IMG/VR virus record: IMGVR_UViG_3300046739_000039
Coordinates: 1 to 64,000 of that record
Reading direction: 5' to 3' (one strand)
DNA from: a virus
Lineage: Duplodnaviria; Caudoviricetes
DNA length: 64,000 bases
Part shown: positions 33,151 through 43,674 of the stretch, piece after piece
How the letters are laid out: each line of letters begins with the position of its first letter
Position numbering within the stretch: the stretch's first letter is position 1
Translations under genes and position numbers: made by a program
Notes under the pieces: generated by a model
The model's input: the letters and a program-made list of their open reading frames with translations, nothing else
Told to the model about the DNA's origin: nothing
Database searches by the model: none

Positions 33151-34860
33151 ATGTCAATGACGTTTTACTCTCCTTCTATGAGAGCCGCAGCATCAGACCT
33201 AGCGATTGCGATTTCGCCACTAGGTCTAGTAGAGCTTTCCGACGAAGAGTTTGAAATGCATGGTCCGCGTCTTAATAGATATGCGGAATACTGGGCATGG
33301 TACCTAGGACATCACTGGGGAACTCGTCGTGAGTTTGGTGATCCACAACTTACCTTCAATTACGTACAGGCATTTGCCGACTATATTAATAACTTTTGTT
33401 TCTCCAGAGGCATCTCTTTTGACACCGTTAAGGAATACGACCACATTGTTCCAGCCTTGCTAAAGCGCATTTGGCAGATGGATAACAACATGAAGGCCGT
33501 TACCTGGGAAATGGGTCAGCAGGGAGGCGTCTCTGGAGACTCTTTCGTTAAGGTGGCTTACGAGTCTCCATGGGTTGATGACGCAGGAAACAATCACGCA
33601 GGACGTGTACGTATCCTTCCCCTTAACTCTGCATATTGCTTCCCTACCTGGCACCCACACGATAGAGACAGACTCCTAGAGTTTAAGCTTAAGTACCGTT
33701 TCTGGGGCACAAACACAGAGGGTACGAGAAGCGTATATACTTACACCGAATTAATCCGCTCCGACGTCATTCGTGAATATGTTAATGACGAGTTGATTGA
33801 TGAGCGTCCAAATGCTCTAGGTGTTATTCCTATTGTTCACATTGCTAATCACCCTGCCTCTGGTTCTCCTTGGGGAATGTCTGATGTGCAGAACCTGATT
33901 ACTCTTAACCGTCAGTACAATGAAACTGCTACAGACATTGCTGACATCGTGAACTACCATGCCGCGCCCATTACTGTTGTTATCGGTGCGAAGCCCTCTC
34001 AGCTTGAGAAGGGAACTAATCGTGTGTGGTCCATTGGAAACAAGGACGTAACTATCAGCAACCTTGAGAACGGCGTAGAACTAGAGGGTCCTCTAGATGC
34101 GCTGAACATGCTTAAGGTCGCTATGCACGAGATGACAGGTGTGCCTGAGTCCGCTCTAGGACAGTCACAGCCTATCTCAAATACTTCTGGTGTAGCTCTA
34201 GCCATTCAGTTTTATCCTCTTATGCAAAAGTTCGAGCTAAAGAAGATACAATATGGTAAGGGACTACAAAAGATTAATGAGTTAGCATTAAAGACACTCT
34301 TTATCTTTGAACCAGAAGCTACCCTTTATAATCCTGAAACAGAAGGAATTATCAAGGAGGGTCAGCCACTGGCAATTGACCCAAGAGATCCATTGGTTTA
34401 CTTTAGTGATATAGACTGGCCTTCACCACTTCCGGTTGACCGCCTAGTTAAGTTGAATGAAATCGGCGCAATGATGAATATGGATCTCGAATCTCGTAGA
34501 GGTGCCCTTAAGGATCTTGGGGAGCAGTTCCCAGATGAGAAGCTACAAGAAATCTTTGATGAGCTTCACGAGGATGCCGTACGTGATGGTGCTCTACGCA
34601 TGTTGAGAACTCAGATCGATTCTGTAATTCAGGAATTGACTGGAATGGTTCCACAACCTGATGGCACATCAGAGCCTGTGCCACCTCAGCAGAACGCTGA
34701 AGGAAACCCTGTACCGCCTTCTGGCGGCCCTGGAACTATCAATAAGATAGATCTTCAGGAACTTGATGGGGTCGGCTCTATGGACGCTCTACGCGAGACT
34801 GTTGTCAGAGCATATGGTACAAAGCTAGGTTCACGACAGCTACCTACTGACGACAACTAA
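33151..34860 (+). CDS. portal protein (SPP1 gp6-like)
   Basis: size and synteny; YLGHH, NALGVIPIVHIAN, G.SD, SGVAL. Confidence 0.9.
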   Translation: MSMTFYSPSMRAAASDLAIAISPLGLVELSDEEFEMHGPRLNRYAEYWAWYLGHHWGTRREFGDPQLTFNYVQAFADYINNFCFSRGISFDTVKEYDHIVPALLKRIWQMDNNMKAVTWEMGQQGGVSGDSFVKVAYESPWVDDAGNNHAGRVRILPLNSAYCFPTWHPHDRDRLLEFKLKYRFWGTNTEGTRSVYTYTELIRSDVIREYVNDELIDERPNALGVIPIVHIANHPASGSPWGMSDVQNLITLNRQYNETATDIADIVNYHAAPITVVIGAKPSQLEKGTNRVWSIGNKDVTISNLENGVELEGPLDALNMLKVAMHEMTGVPESALGQSQPISNTSGVALAIQFYPLMQKFELKKIQYGKGLQKINELALKTLFIFEPEATLYNPETEGIIKEGQPLAIDPRDPLVYFSDIDWPSPLPVDRLVKLNEIGAMMNMDLESRRGALKDLGEQFPDEKLQEIFDELHEDAVRDGALRMLRTQIDSVIQELTGMVPQPDGTSEPVPPQQNAEGNPVPPSGGPGTINKIDLQELDGVGSMDALRETVVRAYGTKLGSRQLPTDDN

Positions 34861-34934
34861 TTCGTATACACGTAAGTAAATTCATTCGGGACATATTCGG
34901 AAAACATCCAGTTAAATTCTAGGAGATAAAAGAC

Positions 34935-35753
34935 ATGACAGTTCCAGCACAACCAGGTTTGGCGGCAACAATTGAGTCTCCAAATCCACAGGACAATGGT
35001 GCCCAAAGTCCAGCACCTTCCCCAGCAGCCTTTACACATGGCGCCTCCGGTGAGAGAACATTCTCAGAGGCAGACATTGCAGCGGCACGCAAGCAGGAGA
35101 AGGATAAGCTGTATGGAGAGATCACTTCTTTGAAGGATCAGTTCCAGGCAGCACAGAAGACTCTTCAAGAGATTCAGGACCAGAAGGCAGCGGAACTTGC
35201 AGAGGTTCAGCGTAAGCAAGCCGAAAAGGAATCAGCAGCTCAGGCTAAGCGTGAAGAAGAGATGTCTGCAAAGGCACTTCTTGAGTCTAAGCTGAAGGAG
35301 ACAAATGATACTTGGGAGTCCCGCTTTAATCAGCTCCAGACGGAGCGTGAGCAAGAGCGTGCACTACTTGCCAAGGAAAGAGAATATAATGAACTTGTAG
35401 AGTACAGAAACTCTCAGCTAACAGCTAATGCTGATGACATTGCTCCTCAGTTCCACAACTTCATTGCTGGGGACTCTCGTGAGCAAATTGACAACGCTAT
35501 AGCACAGGCAAAGGCTGCTACTCAATCCATCTTTGATGAAGTAGCGGCTGCACGTCAGCAGCAGACTGCACAGATGCGTGGAGTAGCACCTACAGGATAT
35601 ACGGCTCTTGGTCCTCTTGAAGGTTCAATGAGTCAGAAGACATACACACCAGCGGACATCAATAATATGTCTATGGCTGAGTACGCTAAGTTCCGTCAAG
35701 AATCGGGACTAGCCGGAAATGACGCAGCACGAAATCGCGGAATTCTCGGATAA
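34935..35753 (+). CDS. capsid scaffolding protein
   Basis: coiled-coil between portal and capsid genes. Confidence 0.8.
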   Translation: MTVPAQPGLAATIESPNPQDNGAQSPAPSPAAFTHGASGERTFSEADIAAARKQEKDKLYGEITSLKDQFQAAQKTLQEIQDQKAAELAEVQRKQAEKESAAQAKREEEMSAKALLESKLKETNDTWESRFNQLQTEREQERALLAKEREYNELVEYRNSQLTANADDIAPQFHNFIAGDSREQIDNAIAQAKAATQSIFDEVAAARQQQTAQMRGVAPTGYTALGPLEGSMSQKTYTPADINNMSMAEYAKFRQESGLAGNDAARNRGILG

Positions 35754-35811
35754 TTAAAACACCCTGGGTACGGCTAGTGCCCGAACCCATATAAGCGATA
35801 AGGAACTAAAT

Positions 35812-36849
35812 ATGGCTGGTTCAGCAATTACGGGCACACCGAATATCTCCGGTGCTCCAACAGCTTACCCTGGTGGAAGCTCAGCTCTTTCTCCTGCTAT
35901 CCAAACTATTTGGAGTAAGGAAATTCTATTCCAGGCAATGCCGATTCTGAGATTCGAGCAATTTGCCGTTAAGAAGACAGAGCTAGGCGTTACTCCAGGT
36001 CTTACCATTAACTTTATGCGTTACAACAACCTAGGCAATGCTTCTCAGCTTGTTGAAGGTATCCGTATGCAGACAGCTCCACTTACAGCTAGCCAGTTCA
36101 GCATTACCGTTGCTGAGCAGGGATTCGCTGTAGCCGTTTCTGAGCTTCTACTTAACGCTTCTTTCGATGATGTTATGGCATCCGCAAGCCGTTTGCTTGG
36201 TCGTAACATGGCAACATACCTAGACGTAAGCGCACGTAACACTTTGCTCCAGGCTTCTTCTCAGCTATTCGGTTACCAGAAGGACACTGGCGCAATCAAC
36301 AACCAGGTTTACTACAACGTAGGAACTCCTGGAACCTCTAACGCTTCCCTAACAGGTGACTTCAACCTGACTTCACAGACTGTATACGATGCAGTCGAAA
36401 CACTGGCAACAAAGAATGTACCACGTCTAGGTGAGACATATGTCTGTTTTGTCCACCCTCACCAGAGCCGTTGGCTACGTAATGATCCTCAGTTTATCGA
36501 GATGACTAAGTATGCGGCCCCAGGTAACTTTATGCTGGGAGAAATCGGACGTTTGAACGATGTCGTATTTATCGAGACAACTCAGGTACGTAACGTTGTA
36601 GGTGGAGCTGGAGCCGGTTGGACCACCGACACCACCACTGGTGGAGTAACAACTGGTAATGGTGCTGCTAACCGTTACGATTCCATCTTCATTGGAGACA
36701 ATGCATTCGGTCACGCTATCTCTCTTCCTGTAGAACTTCGCGATGGCGGTATCTTGGACTTCGGGCGTGAGCACGCCCTAGCCTGGTATGCTATTTGGGG
36801 ACTTGGACTGATTACTGACATTTCTGTAGTTATCGCCTCTACCAACTAA
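35812..36849 (+). CDS. major capsid protein (N4-gp56 family)
   Basis: LRFEQFA, YVCFVHP, GEIGRL..V.FIET; followed by a terminator. Confidence 0.92.
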   Translation: MAGSAITGTPNISGAPTAYPGGSSALSPAIQTIWSKEILFQAMPILRFEQFAVKKTELGVTPGLTINFMRYNNLGNASQLVEGIRMQTAPLTASQFSITVAEQGFAVAVSELLLNASFDDVMASASRLLGRNMATYLDVSARNTLLQASSQLFGYQKDTGAINNQVYYNVGTPGTSNASLTGDFNLTSQTVYDAVETLATKNVPRLGETYVCFVHPHQSRWLRNDPQFIEMTKYAAPGNFMLGEIGRLNDVVFIETTQVRNVVGGAGAGWTTDTTTGGVTTGNGAANRYDSIFIGDNAFGHAISLPVELRDGGILDFGREHALAWYAIWGLGLITDISVVIASTN

Positions 36850-36877
36850 TACGAGCTGTATGTCCGTTTTGGACAGG

Positions 36878-36912
36878 ACCCCTCCTCAGTCCCCAAACTG
36901 GGGAGGGGTTTT
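36878..36912 (+). terminator. intrinsic terminator after the capsid gene
   Basis: ACCCCTCC...GGAGGGGT followed by TTT. Confidence 0.75.
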
Positions 36913-36959
36913 CTTATATAATTTAACTAATACACGAGACACTAAATCTGGAGAATAGA

Positions 36960-37334
36960 ATGCCACCACGTAAGCGTGCCGGAGATCTTACCGGTATTGA
37001 GACTGAGCGTCTTCAAAAGGAAAACCAGGCAGCCCTTAAGGAGCGCGCCAAGGAAATTGCCATGATGGCAGAAGTTGAGAATGAGTTCAACGATATTCCT
37101 GTTGACTATTCCAACGGTCCGATTACTTCCGTTGTAAGTGACCTTGATGTAAGTGATGAGATTGCTCTAGAAGAGCCAACCAAGACTATTATTCCTATCA
37201 CTACACTTGAGCAGGTTACCTTTGGTGCCGGGAAGCACTACAACTTTGAAGAGGGACGCAAGTACGTTGTTCCTGTAGAATTGGCACGACACCTATCAAG
37301 CAAGGGCCTCCTTTGGGAGGGCGGATACCGTTAA
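36960..37334 (+). CDS. hypothetical virion-associated protein
   Basis: GGAG RBS; synteny. Confidence 0.75.
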   Translation: MPPRKRAGDLTGIETERLQKENQAALKERAKEIAMMAEVENEFNDIPVDYSNGPITSVVSDLDVSDEIALEEPTKTIIPITTLEQVTFGAGKHYNFEEGRKYVVPVELARHLSSKGLLWEGGYR

Positions 37335-37347
37335 GGGGAAATAGAAT

Positions 37348-37800
37348 ATGTCAGGTAATCTAACTGATACAACCGATCGTGCAATTCTCAACTGGATAAC
37401 CGGCACGTCACTAGGTGGTTGGACCCCACCATCAACAGCATATATTGCTTTGCTTACTGTGGACCCTGCAACTACCGCAGCTATTCCTACAGATCCTCAG
37501 CTATCAGAGCTGACTGAACTAGCAGCTACAGGTTACGCTCGACAGATCGCTACATTTACTGTGGCTACTTCTCCTACACAGGGAACCAGTCAGATCCAAA
37601 ACAGTAACTTGATTACATTTGGTCCGTTTACTTCTGCCTCAGGTTCAGGAACTCCTACGACCTATGGCGCTCTAGTCAATGTGGTATCCGGTACTTCCGG
37701 AGAAGTCATTGGTGTATGGGAGTGGGATACTCCTATTACAGCTCCGCAGAATCAGTCCATTACTATCCCGATTGCAAATCTCACCTTCACACAACAGTAG
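37348..37800 (+). CDS. putative virion structural protein
   Basis: YIALLT.DP...GYARQ...NSNLITF motif typical of actinophage minor structural proteins. Confidence 0.75.
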   Translation: MSGNLTDTTDRAILNWITGTSLGGWTPPSTAYIALLTVDPATTAAIPTDPQLSELTELAATGYARQIATFTVATSPTQGTSQIQNSNLITFGPFTSASGSGTPTTYGALVNVVSGTSGEVIGVWEWDTPITAPQNQSITIPIANLTFTQQ

Positions 37801-37806
37801 GTCTCC

Positions 37807-38631
37807 ATGCCATTTACTACTCAGGACATGATTAACAGAGTCCGTATAGAGTTGGGAGATACAGGAGCACCTTTTTCTGATACGTTTCTGGGGACTGGAA
37901 TGGTCTCTACTTACGATCTCACAGACTTCAACATCTGGAATGAGACCGTAACTTGGATTAGAAACCAGTCCCCAGTAGTATTGGTAAAGGGAACAGATTA
38001 TGCGATGAACTACCAGGAAGGAAGAATCTTCCTGACAGGAGCACCAGCTCCTCTACCGCAAGGAGATACCCTAGTAATTTCTGGGTATGCCGGTGGAATG
38101 TTCTCTGATGATGAGTTAACTACCTTCATTAACGATGCTGTGCTACAGCACGCGAATGGGAGAACAGTAAAGACTAGATTCAAGGACTCCAACGGTTTCA
38201 TCAAGTATGTAACTGTGCCCCTGGATCTAGCCAACCTCCCAGACATAGAAGGCACCTTAGTGGCCCTCAGAGCCACCATAGACGCCCTCTGGGCACTCGC
38301 TACAGATGCGAGTACCGACATTGATATTTCGAGCGCAGACGGGACTACAGTCCCACGTAGTCAGAGATACCAACAGCTACGCGAACAGATAGATGGCATG
38401 ACTGCCAGATACAATCAGCTTTGCGCTATGCTTAATGTCGGACTTAACGCTATTGAAATGTCTAAGATCAGAAGAGTATCCAAGACTACTAATCGTCTGG
38501 TACCGATCTTTGAAGACAGAGAGTACGACGACTACGATGTTCCACGTCGTCAACTACCACCTATCGATAACAGAGATGAGGATAAGAGCAATCTACAATC
38601 CCCAATCTTTGGTGGTATGTGGGGACTATAA
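37807..38631 (+). CDS. head-to-tail adaptor (neck)
   Basis: RVRIELGD...FSDDEL..F. Confidence 0.75.
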   Translation: MPFTTQDMINRVRIELGDTGAPFSDTFLGTGMVSTYDLTDFNIWNETVTWIRNQSPVVLVKGTDYAMNYQEGRIFLTGAPAPLPQGDTLVISGYAGGMFSDDELTTFINDAVLQHANGRTVKTRFKDSNGFIKYVTVPLDLANLPDIEGTLVALRATIDALWALATDASTDIDISSADGTTVPRSQRYQQLREQIDGMTARYNQLCAMLNVGLNAIEMSKIRRVSKTTNRLVPIFEDREYDDYDVPRRQLPPIDNRDEDKSNLQSPIFGGMWGL

Positions 38632-38666
38632 ACTAATGAAGACCCTTATAGACAAGGATGTATTCG

Positions 38667-39407
38667 ATGGGAAGAATAGGGTGGAAAGGTGGCCGATTCT
38701 CCGTTGATTTCGAAACATCCGAAATCTATAGGGGTCTTCGTGATTGGCAGAGATTAACCGGTGATCAGGTTTACTGGTATCGCTTTGCTTATGACCAGTC
38801 ATCAATAGATCCGGTATACGGAGAAGCCGCAGGACCATTGGGTCGTGTGTACTTTGGTCCTAATACCATTCCGGCATTGCACGTAATCCACATTGAAGGA
38901 GAGAACGACAACACTGAGAATGGTTTCTACTATAATGACCGTGCGCATATTACGCTATCATTTGATCAGCTAAAGCGAACTGGTATGGACAGAATGGATC
39001 TCAATACACAGAACTATCTCAAGGATAGATTCGTGTATGACACCAAGGTCTTCCGCGTTACTAGCGTACAGATCCTTGGACAGATTCAGCAGAAGGACAT
39101 CATCGTTTCCATTGATGCTACACAGGTTAAGCCTGATGAGCTGGTTAATGATGTTCAGTTCGCGCAGTATGCAACACCTAACGACGTTCAGTTCTCGCAG
39201 AGACTGAGTTTGAACGATGCCGTATACGACACCTACAGCAGTGGTCGTGGAGTATTCTCCCTGGACTACAAGGTAGATAACGGTACAAGCAATCTAACTA
39301 AGATGATTAATCAGGTAACACCTACTCTACGAACACCGGCTTACGTGGTTCCTGCCACAACTGGTTACGGAGAAGGTCTATACGGAGACGGCCCTTACGG
39401 AGGATAA
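38667..39407 (+). CDS. putative head closure/neck protein
   Basis: synteny; C-terminal GYGEGLYGDGPYGG. Confidence 0.65.
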   Translation: MGRIGWKGGRFSVDFETSEIYRGLRDWQRLTGDQVYWYRFAYDQSSIDPVYGEAAGPLGRVYFGPNTIPALHVIHIEGENDNTENGFYYNDRAHITLSFDQLKRTGMDRMDLNTQNYLKDRFVYDTKVFRVTSVQILGQIQQKDIIVSIDATQVKPDELVNDVQFAQYATPNDVQFSQRLSLNDAVYDTYSSGRGVFSLDYKVDNGTSNLTKMINQVTPTLRTPAYVVPATTGYGEGLYGDGPYGG

Positions 39408-39410
39408 ACC

Positions 39411-39611
39411 ATGGCCATTGTTATTCCAGCTAAAGGGCAACCAGATTGGGATGTCACATTAAATACCGCATTGGTGGAACTAGAGTCTGAAATAAGTAGC
39501 ATAAAAGCTGGTACATCAGTAACGGGATCACGTGGAGGCAATGCAGCACTAGCTAGTCTTATCACTGCACTGGCATCTCTAGGTCTGATTACTGATAATA
39601 CAACGGCTTAA
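39411..39611 (+). CDS. short fibre-like protein
   Basis: shares the IP.KG..WDV.LN.AL N-terminal motif with the next two genes. Confidence 0.7.
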   Translation: MAIVIPAKGQPDWDVTLNTALVELESEISSIKAGTSVTGSRGGNAALASLITALASLGLITDNTTA

Positions 39612-39626
39612 TAACGGAGAATTAAT

Positions 39627-40637
39627 ATGACTTATACGCCAATTCCGAAAGGCACAGAGAACTGGGATGTGCCTCTTAATGCTGCACTCTCACAATTAGA
39701 CTCTAATATCACAGCGTCATCTGGAACAGCTCTTCAAAGAGCAAACAATCTATCTGACTTGACTAACCCTGCACAGGCCAGAAGTAACCTAGGTCTTACT
39801 GGTCTAGCCAATGCGCTGTCTAACATGACTGCTACAACTAACCCTGCGGTGACTAGCGACAGTACACAGGGTTACTCCATTGGTTCTACGTGGTTCAACA
39901 CCACAACTAATGCTATGTTTGTAGCATCATCTGTAGCAGTCGGCGCTGCTGTGTGGCTTCAGATTCCTCCTACCTTTGTGGACCGTACAACGACACAAAC
40001 CGTAGCAGGAGTAAAGACCTTTACTTCCACGCTTCAGACATCCCAGGGAACAGCGACTAACAGTGCTATTACCGCTGCGGTTACTGGAGATACCCAGGCA
40101 CGCTTTAACGTCCGTATGGATGGACAACTGGAATGGGGTCCTGGTGGATCTACCGCTAGAGACATCAACTTATACCGTGGCAACTCAACTACGTTAGTAA
40201 CAGACGATGAGTTCCAGGCGGCGAACTTTACCCCTGCCGGTTGGATTCCTTACACACCTACTTGGACAACATCTGGTACTGCTCCTTCTATTGGTAACGG
40301 AACTCTTACAGGTCGTTACGCCATTAGCGGTAATACTGTTAACGTGGTTATTAATCTCATTGCCGGTTCGACTACGACCTTTGGTACAAACGGGCAGTCA
40401 TTCTCTCTACCAATTCAAGCGGCTAACCAGACAGTGTCTTACGTCGGACATGCACACTTGCTTGACACAACTCGTTGGGGAGGTCAATGTATCGCTTCGC
40501 CTAATGCTAGTAACACCGCACCATTCTTTCCTGCATCAGCAACTGATACCAGATTGACCGGTTTGACAAATGCGGTTCCACAGACGCTGACTACAGCAGC
40601 CCAGATTCGCTTGTCTCTCGCATATGAGATTGCATAA
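39627..40637 (+). CDS. neck/collar fibre protein
   Basis: IPKGTENWDVPLN..L...RANNLSDL. Confidence 0.75.
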   Translation: MTYTPIPKGTENWDVPLNAALSQLDSNITASSGTALQRANNLSDLTNPAQARSNLGLTGLANALSNMTATTNPAVTSDSTQGYSIGSTWFNTTTNAMFVASSVAVGAAVWLQIPPTFVDRTTTQTVAGVKTFTSTLQTSQGTATNSAITAAVTGDTQARFNVRMDGQLEWGPGGSTARDINLYRGNSTTLVTDDEFQAANFTPAGWIPYTPTWTTSGTAPSIGNGTLTGRYAISGNTVNVVINLIAGSTTTFGTNGQSFSLPIQAANQTVSYVGHAHLLDTTRWGGQCIASPNASNTAPFFPASATDTRLTGLTNAVPQTLTTAAQIRLSLAYEIA

Positions 40638-40647
40638 GGAGCACTAA

Positions 40648-42996
40648 ATGACTTACTCAGCAATTCCTAAGGGCACCCCGAATTGGGACGTGCCCCTTAA
40701 CAGTGCACTGTCACAATTAGATAATGCCATCACCGCTAATAACGGTAATGCTCTTCAGAGAGCCAACAACCTATCGGATCTAACCAGTGCTGCTCAGGCG
40801 CGTCTGAATCTAGGTATCAGTTCTAGCTCAGCCGCAGGAGTCAACCAGTACAACGTTAAGGATTACGGCGCGATCGGTAACGGTACGGCTGACGATACTG
40901 TACCTATTCAGAATGCTATCGCTGCGGCTACTGCTGCGGGCGGAGCCGTTGTCTTCCTACCCCACGGAACTTATCTCGTAAATAGCGGAACCGGTTTTTC
41001 TACTTCGTCCAGCGGTGTCACCATTCAGGGTGAGGGATCTAACGCTACTCAGATCGCTATTGGATCTGGCTTCACCGGAACATCTCTGTTCACCTGGACA
41101 GGTAACTACGGTGGTGTGCGAGAGCTAAGCATCATCGGAAATAGTACAACTACTACCAGTAATCCAGCAGCTCACGCTGTAACTGTTTCTGGTGCACAGA
41201 CTTTCCGAGTATTGAATGCAACCTTCCTGAACATTAATGGGTACGCTATTCGTGCCATCGGAACAGCCAGTCAATCACTTCATGGTGGTATGGTTCATAA
41301 CGTAAAGATCCAGAGCTGTGCCGGTGGAATTTATATTCTTTCCGATTCAACAAACACAGCAGCAAACTTTATGCTGTCTAATATCTTTACCAGATTCCTA
41401 GGTGTTAACTCAGGAACTAATGCGAACCTTGATGGTATTCACATTGAGGATTCATGGGATGTCTTGATGCAAAACGTCATGCCATGGATGCAAGCAACGC
41501 TAGGCGGAACTGGTGCAGCCCTTCGTATCAAGGGAAACTGTGCTGCTACATTCATTGAGAACCTTGATGCGCTAGGACCACAGACAGGAACCAACGTAGT
41601 AATTGAGGACGGGCCTAACGGTTCTCCTCAGAATGTTCAGATCACTGGTGGAGTTATCCAGCAGGGTAATGTTGGTCTTCTCATCTCTGGTGGTTCTAAC
41701 CAGGTACGTGTAAACACTATGCGTATTATTAATAACAATACTCATGGTGTTACTGTAAGTAGTACCGGTTTCGGTATCTATCTCAACCAGTGTTTGTTCT
41801 CTCTTAACGGAGCAGGCGCAACAGGTACCAACTATGAGATCAACTGGTCTGGTACTGCCACTGGGTATATCACATACAATAGATTCGGAACAGCGATTAC
41901 ATCTATCGGTGTAGCTGGTGTTCAGACCTCTATCAACGTGGCAGCAGGACAGAACGTACGAGTAACTGATGCAGATTTCCAGGGTACTGGAGCAGCTTCA
42001 ACTAACTGGATTACCAACCTTCCAACAGTTTTCTATGAGACTGGTGGTTCTAAGCTTAATTACCGTACAACTATTACCGCTAATAGCGATACTCGTCCTA
42101 TTGAACTACAGCCATCAGCAGCGGCTAATACTGCCTTTGCTGTAAACATCAATGGTACTGACGTTAACGACCGAGTAAGAATGCTGGGTAATGGTGTAAC
42201 TCAGTATGGTGTAGGATCATCTGCCAGAGACACTAATACTGGTAGAGCAGCGGCCGGTGTATTCTACACAGATAAGAATATGCTTATCGGATCTGCTACA
42301 GCTTTAGGCGATAACGGTGTAGGAGAAGTTCAGCTAGCCAACGCTACGACTGTTCCAACTACTAACCCTACGGCCGGTGCTGTTCTTTACGCTACTGGTG
42401 GTGTCCCTCAGACTAGATCCTCTGGTGGCGCCGTAGTTGATTTTGGTAGAGTGAATTCGGGTCAGTCAGGTATCAACCCTAATACGCAAGGATTTGTAAC
42501 CTGGAATTACGATCCTATGATTACCCTCGCTACAGGTGCTGGTGCTAATACTTCTGGAACAATTTATATGCACAGAGTTTATCTATCTGCTGGTACTGTA
42601 GTAACTAGCCTTGCAACGGGTGTTCAGACAATTGGTGCCACTCTTACAGCCGGTCAGAACCTTATGGCTATCTATGATGCCTCTGGAAACCGTCAGGGAA
42701 TTACCGCTGACCAGTCAGCCGCTTGGGTGAGCACTGGATTTAAGACTGCTGCTCTGACAGGTTCGTACACAGTAACCACTGCGGGATATCACTACATCGC
42801 TATCTTGGCTGTAGGAACTACTCCACCCGCTTTCTATCAGGCTGCTAACGCTCCATCAGCTCTGTTCAATGGAAACGTTACGGGAGCAACCTTGCGCCAC
42901 GCTACAAACGGTACTGGCCAGACAACATTGCCTACAACCAGAACTCTATCCAGCAATACCTCAAGTACGGTTAACTCCTGGGTAGCAGCACTTTAA
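40648..42996 (+). CDS. fibre/appendage with pectate-lyase-like beta-helix (putative depolymerase)
   Basis: YNVKDYGAIGNGTADDT..IQNAI...VFLPHGTY. Confidence 0.85.
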   Translation: MTYSAIPKGTPNWDVPLNSALSQLDNAITANNGNALQRANNLSDLTSAAQARLNLGISSSSAAGVNQYNVKDYGAIGNGTADDTVPIQNAIAAATAAGGAVVFLPHGTYLVNSGTGFSTSSSGVTIQGEGSNATQIAIGSGFTGTSLFTWTGNYGGVRELSIIGNSTTTTSNPAAHAVTVSGAQTFRVLNATFLNINGYAIRAIGTASQSLHGGMVHNVKIQSCAGGIYILSDSTNTAANFMLSNIFTRFLGVNSGTNANLDGIHIEDSWDVLMQNVMPWMQATLGGTGAALRIKGNCAATFIENLDALGPQTGTNVVIEDGPNGSPQNVQITGGVIQQGNVGLLISGGSNQVRVNTMRIINNNTHGVTVSSTGFGIYLNQCLFSLNGAGATGTNYEINWSGTATGYITYNRFGTAITSIGVAGVQTSINVAAGQNVRVTDADFQGTGAASTNWITNLPTVFYETGGSKLNYRTTITANSDTRPIELQPSAAANTAFAVNINGTDVNDRVRMLGNGVTQYGVGSSARDTNTGRAAAGVFYTDKNMLIGSATALGDNGVGEVQLANATTVPTTNPTAGAVLYATGGVPQTRSSGGAVVDFGRVNSGQSGINPNTQGFVTWNYDPMITLATGAGANTSGTIYMHRVYLSAGTVVTSLATGVQTIGATLTAGQNLMAIYDASGNRQGITADQSAAWVSTGFKTAALTGSYTVTTAGYHYIAILAVGTTPPAFYQAANAPSALFNGNVTGATLRHATNGTGQTTLPTTRTLSSNTSSTVNSWVAAL

Positions 42997-43005
42997 GGAT
43001 GAGAT

Positions 43006-43626
43006 ATGTGGTTATTCAATGAAGACAAAGCTATTAAGGAGAAGTTCTCCGGACTGGTTGTCACAGATGTAAATGCTCCTGACGCAGGAAGACCTGTTCA
43101 AGTTATCTGGCTAGACTCTGATGTAGAGCTAGTTAACTTGACTTACCCGTCAATCATTATTGCGAATACCGGTATTTCATTCGATGCGGAGCGAGCCCAC
43201 GCAGGTTGGGCTCAGCTCCCTTATACACCCGAAAGTTTTCCAGACTGGATTTCTGATGCGAATAACAATGTATCGGAATCCCCATACTGGGCTTTTACTC
43301 CTATCCCGTATAATATTGATTATCAAATAGAAGTGCTGTCTAGAAATAACCAGCATTCAACTTTCCTCTCTGCCGTACTGGCGGGTCCTGATTATCTAAG
43401 TACGAGACATGGATATCTTGTCGTTGAAGAAGACGGCACCGTAAGAAGACTGGACCTCATGACTGGTCCTGACCGACAGAATACGCATGACACAGATGGA
43501 AAAAGAATTTTCCATACGATCTATACTGTAAGAGTTTCGACAGAATTGCTTCCGTCCGAAATCAGCACCTACTCTAAGGTTACGACAGTTGTGGACACTA
43601 TCGAAGTTCTACCGCCACAAGTCTAA
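43006..43626 (+). CDS. putative tail terminator/completion protein
   Basis: immediately upstream of the sheath; P.PYNIDYQIEV. Confidence 0.65.
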   Translation: MWLFNEDKAIKEKFSGLVVTDVNAPDAGRPVQVIWLDSDVELVNLTYPSIIIANTGISFDAERAHAGWAQLPYTPESFPDWISDANNNVSESPYWAFTPIPYNIDYQIEVLSRNNQHSTFLSAVLAGPDYLSTRHGYLVVEEDGTVRRLDLMTGPDRQNTHDTDGKRIFHTIYTVRVSTELLPSEISTYSKVTTVVDTIEVLPPQV

Positions 43627-43674
43627 TCTATATACTGATAGTAGCCACTACTTTCAATTAGCTAGGAGATATTA

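Noticed and set aside
39627-40820. Diversity-generating retroelement TR/VR pair
   Set aside because: The similarity is a shared N-terminal protein domain without adenine-specific differences, and there is no reverse transcriptase.
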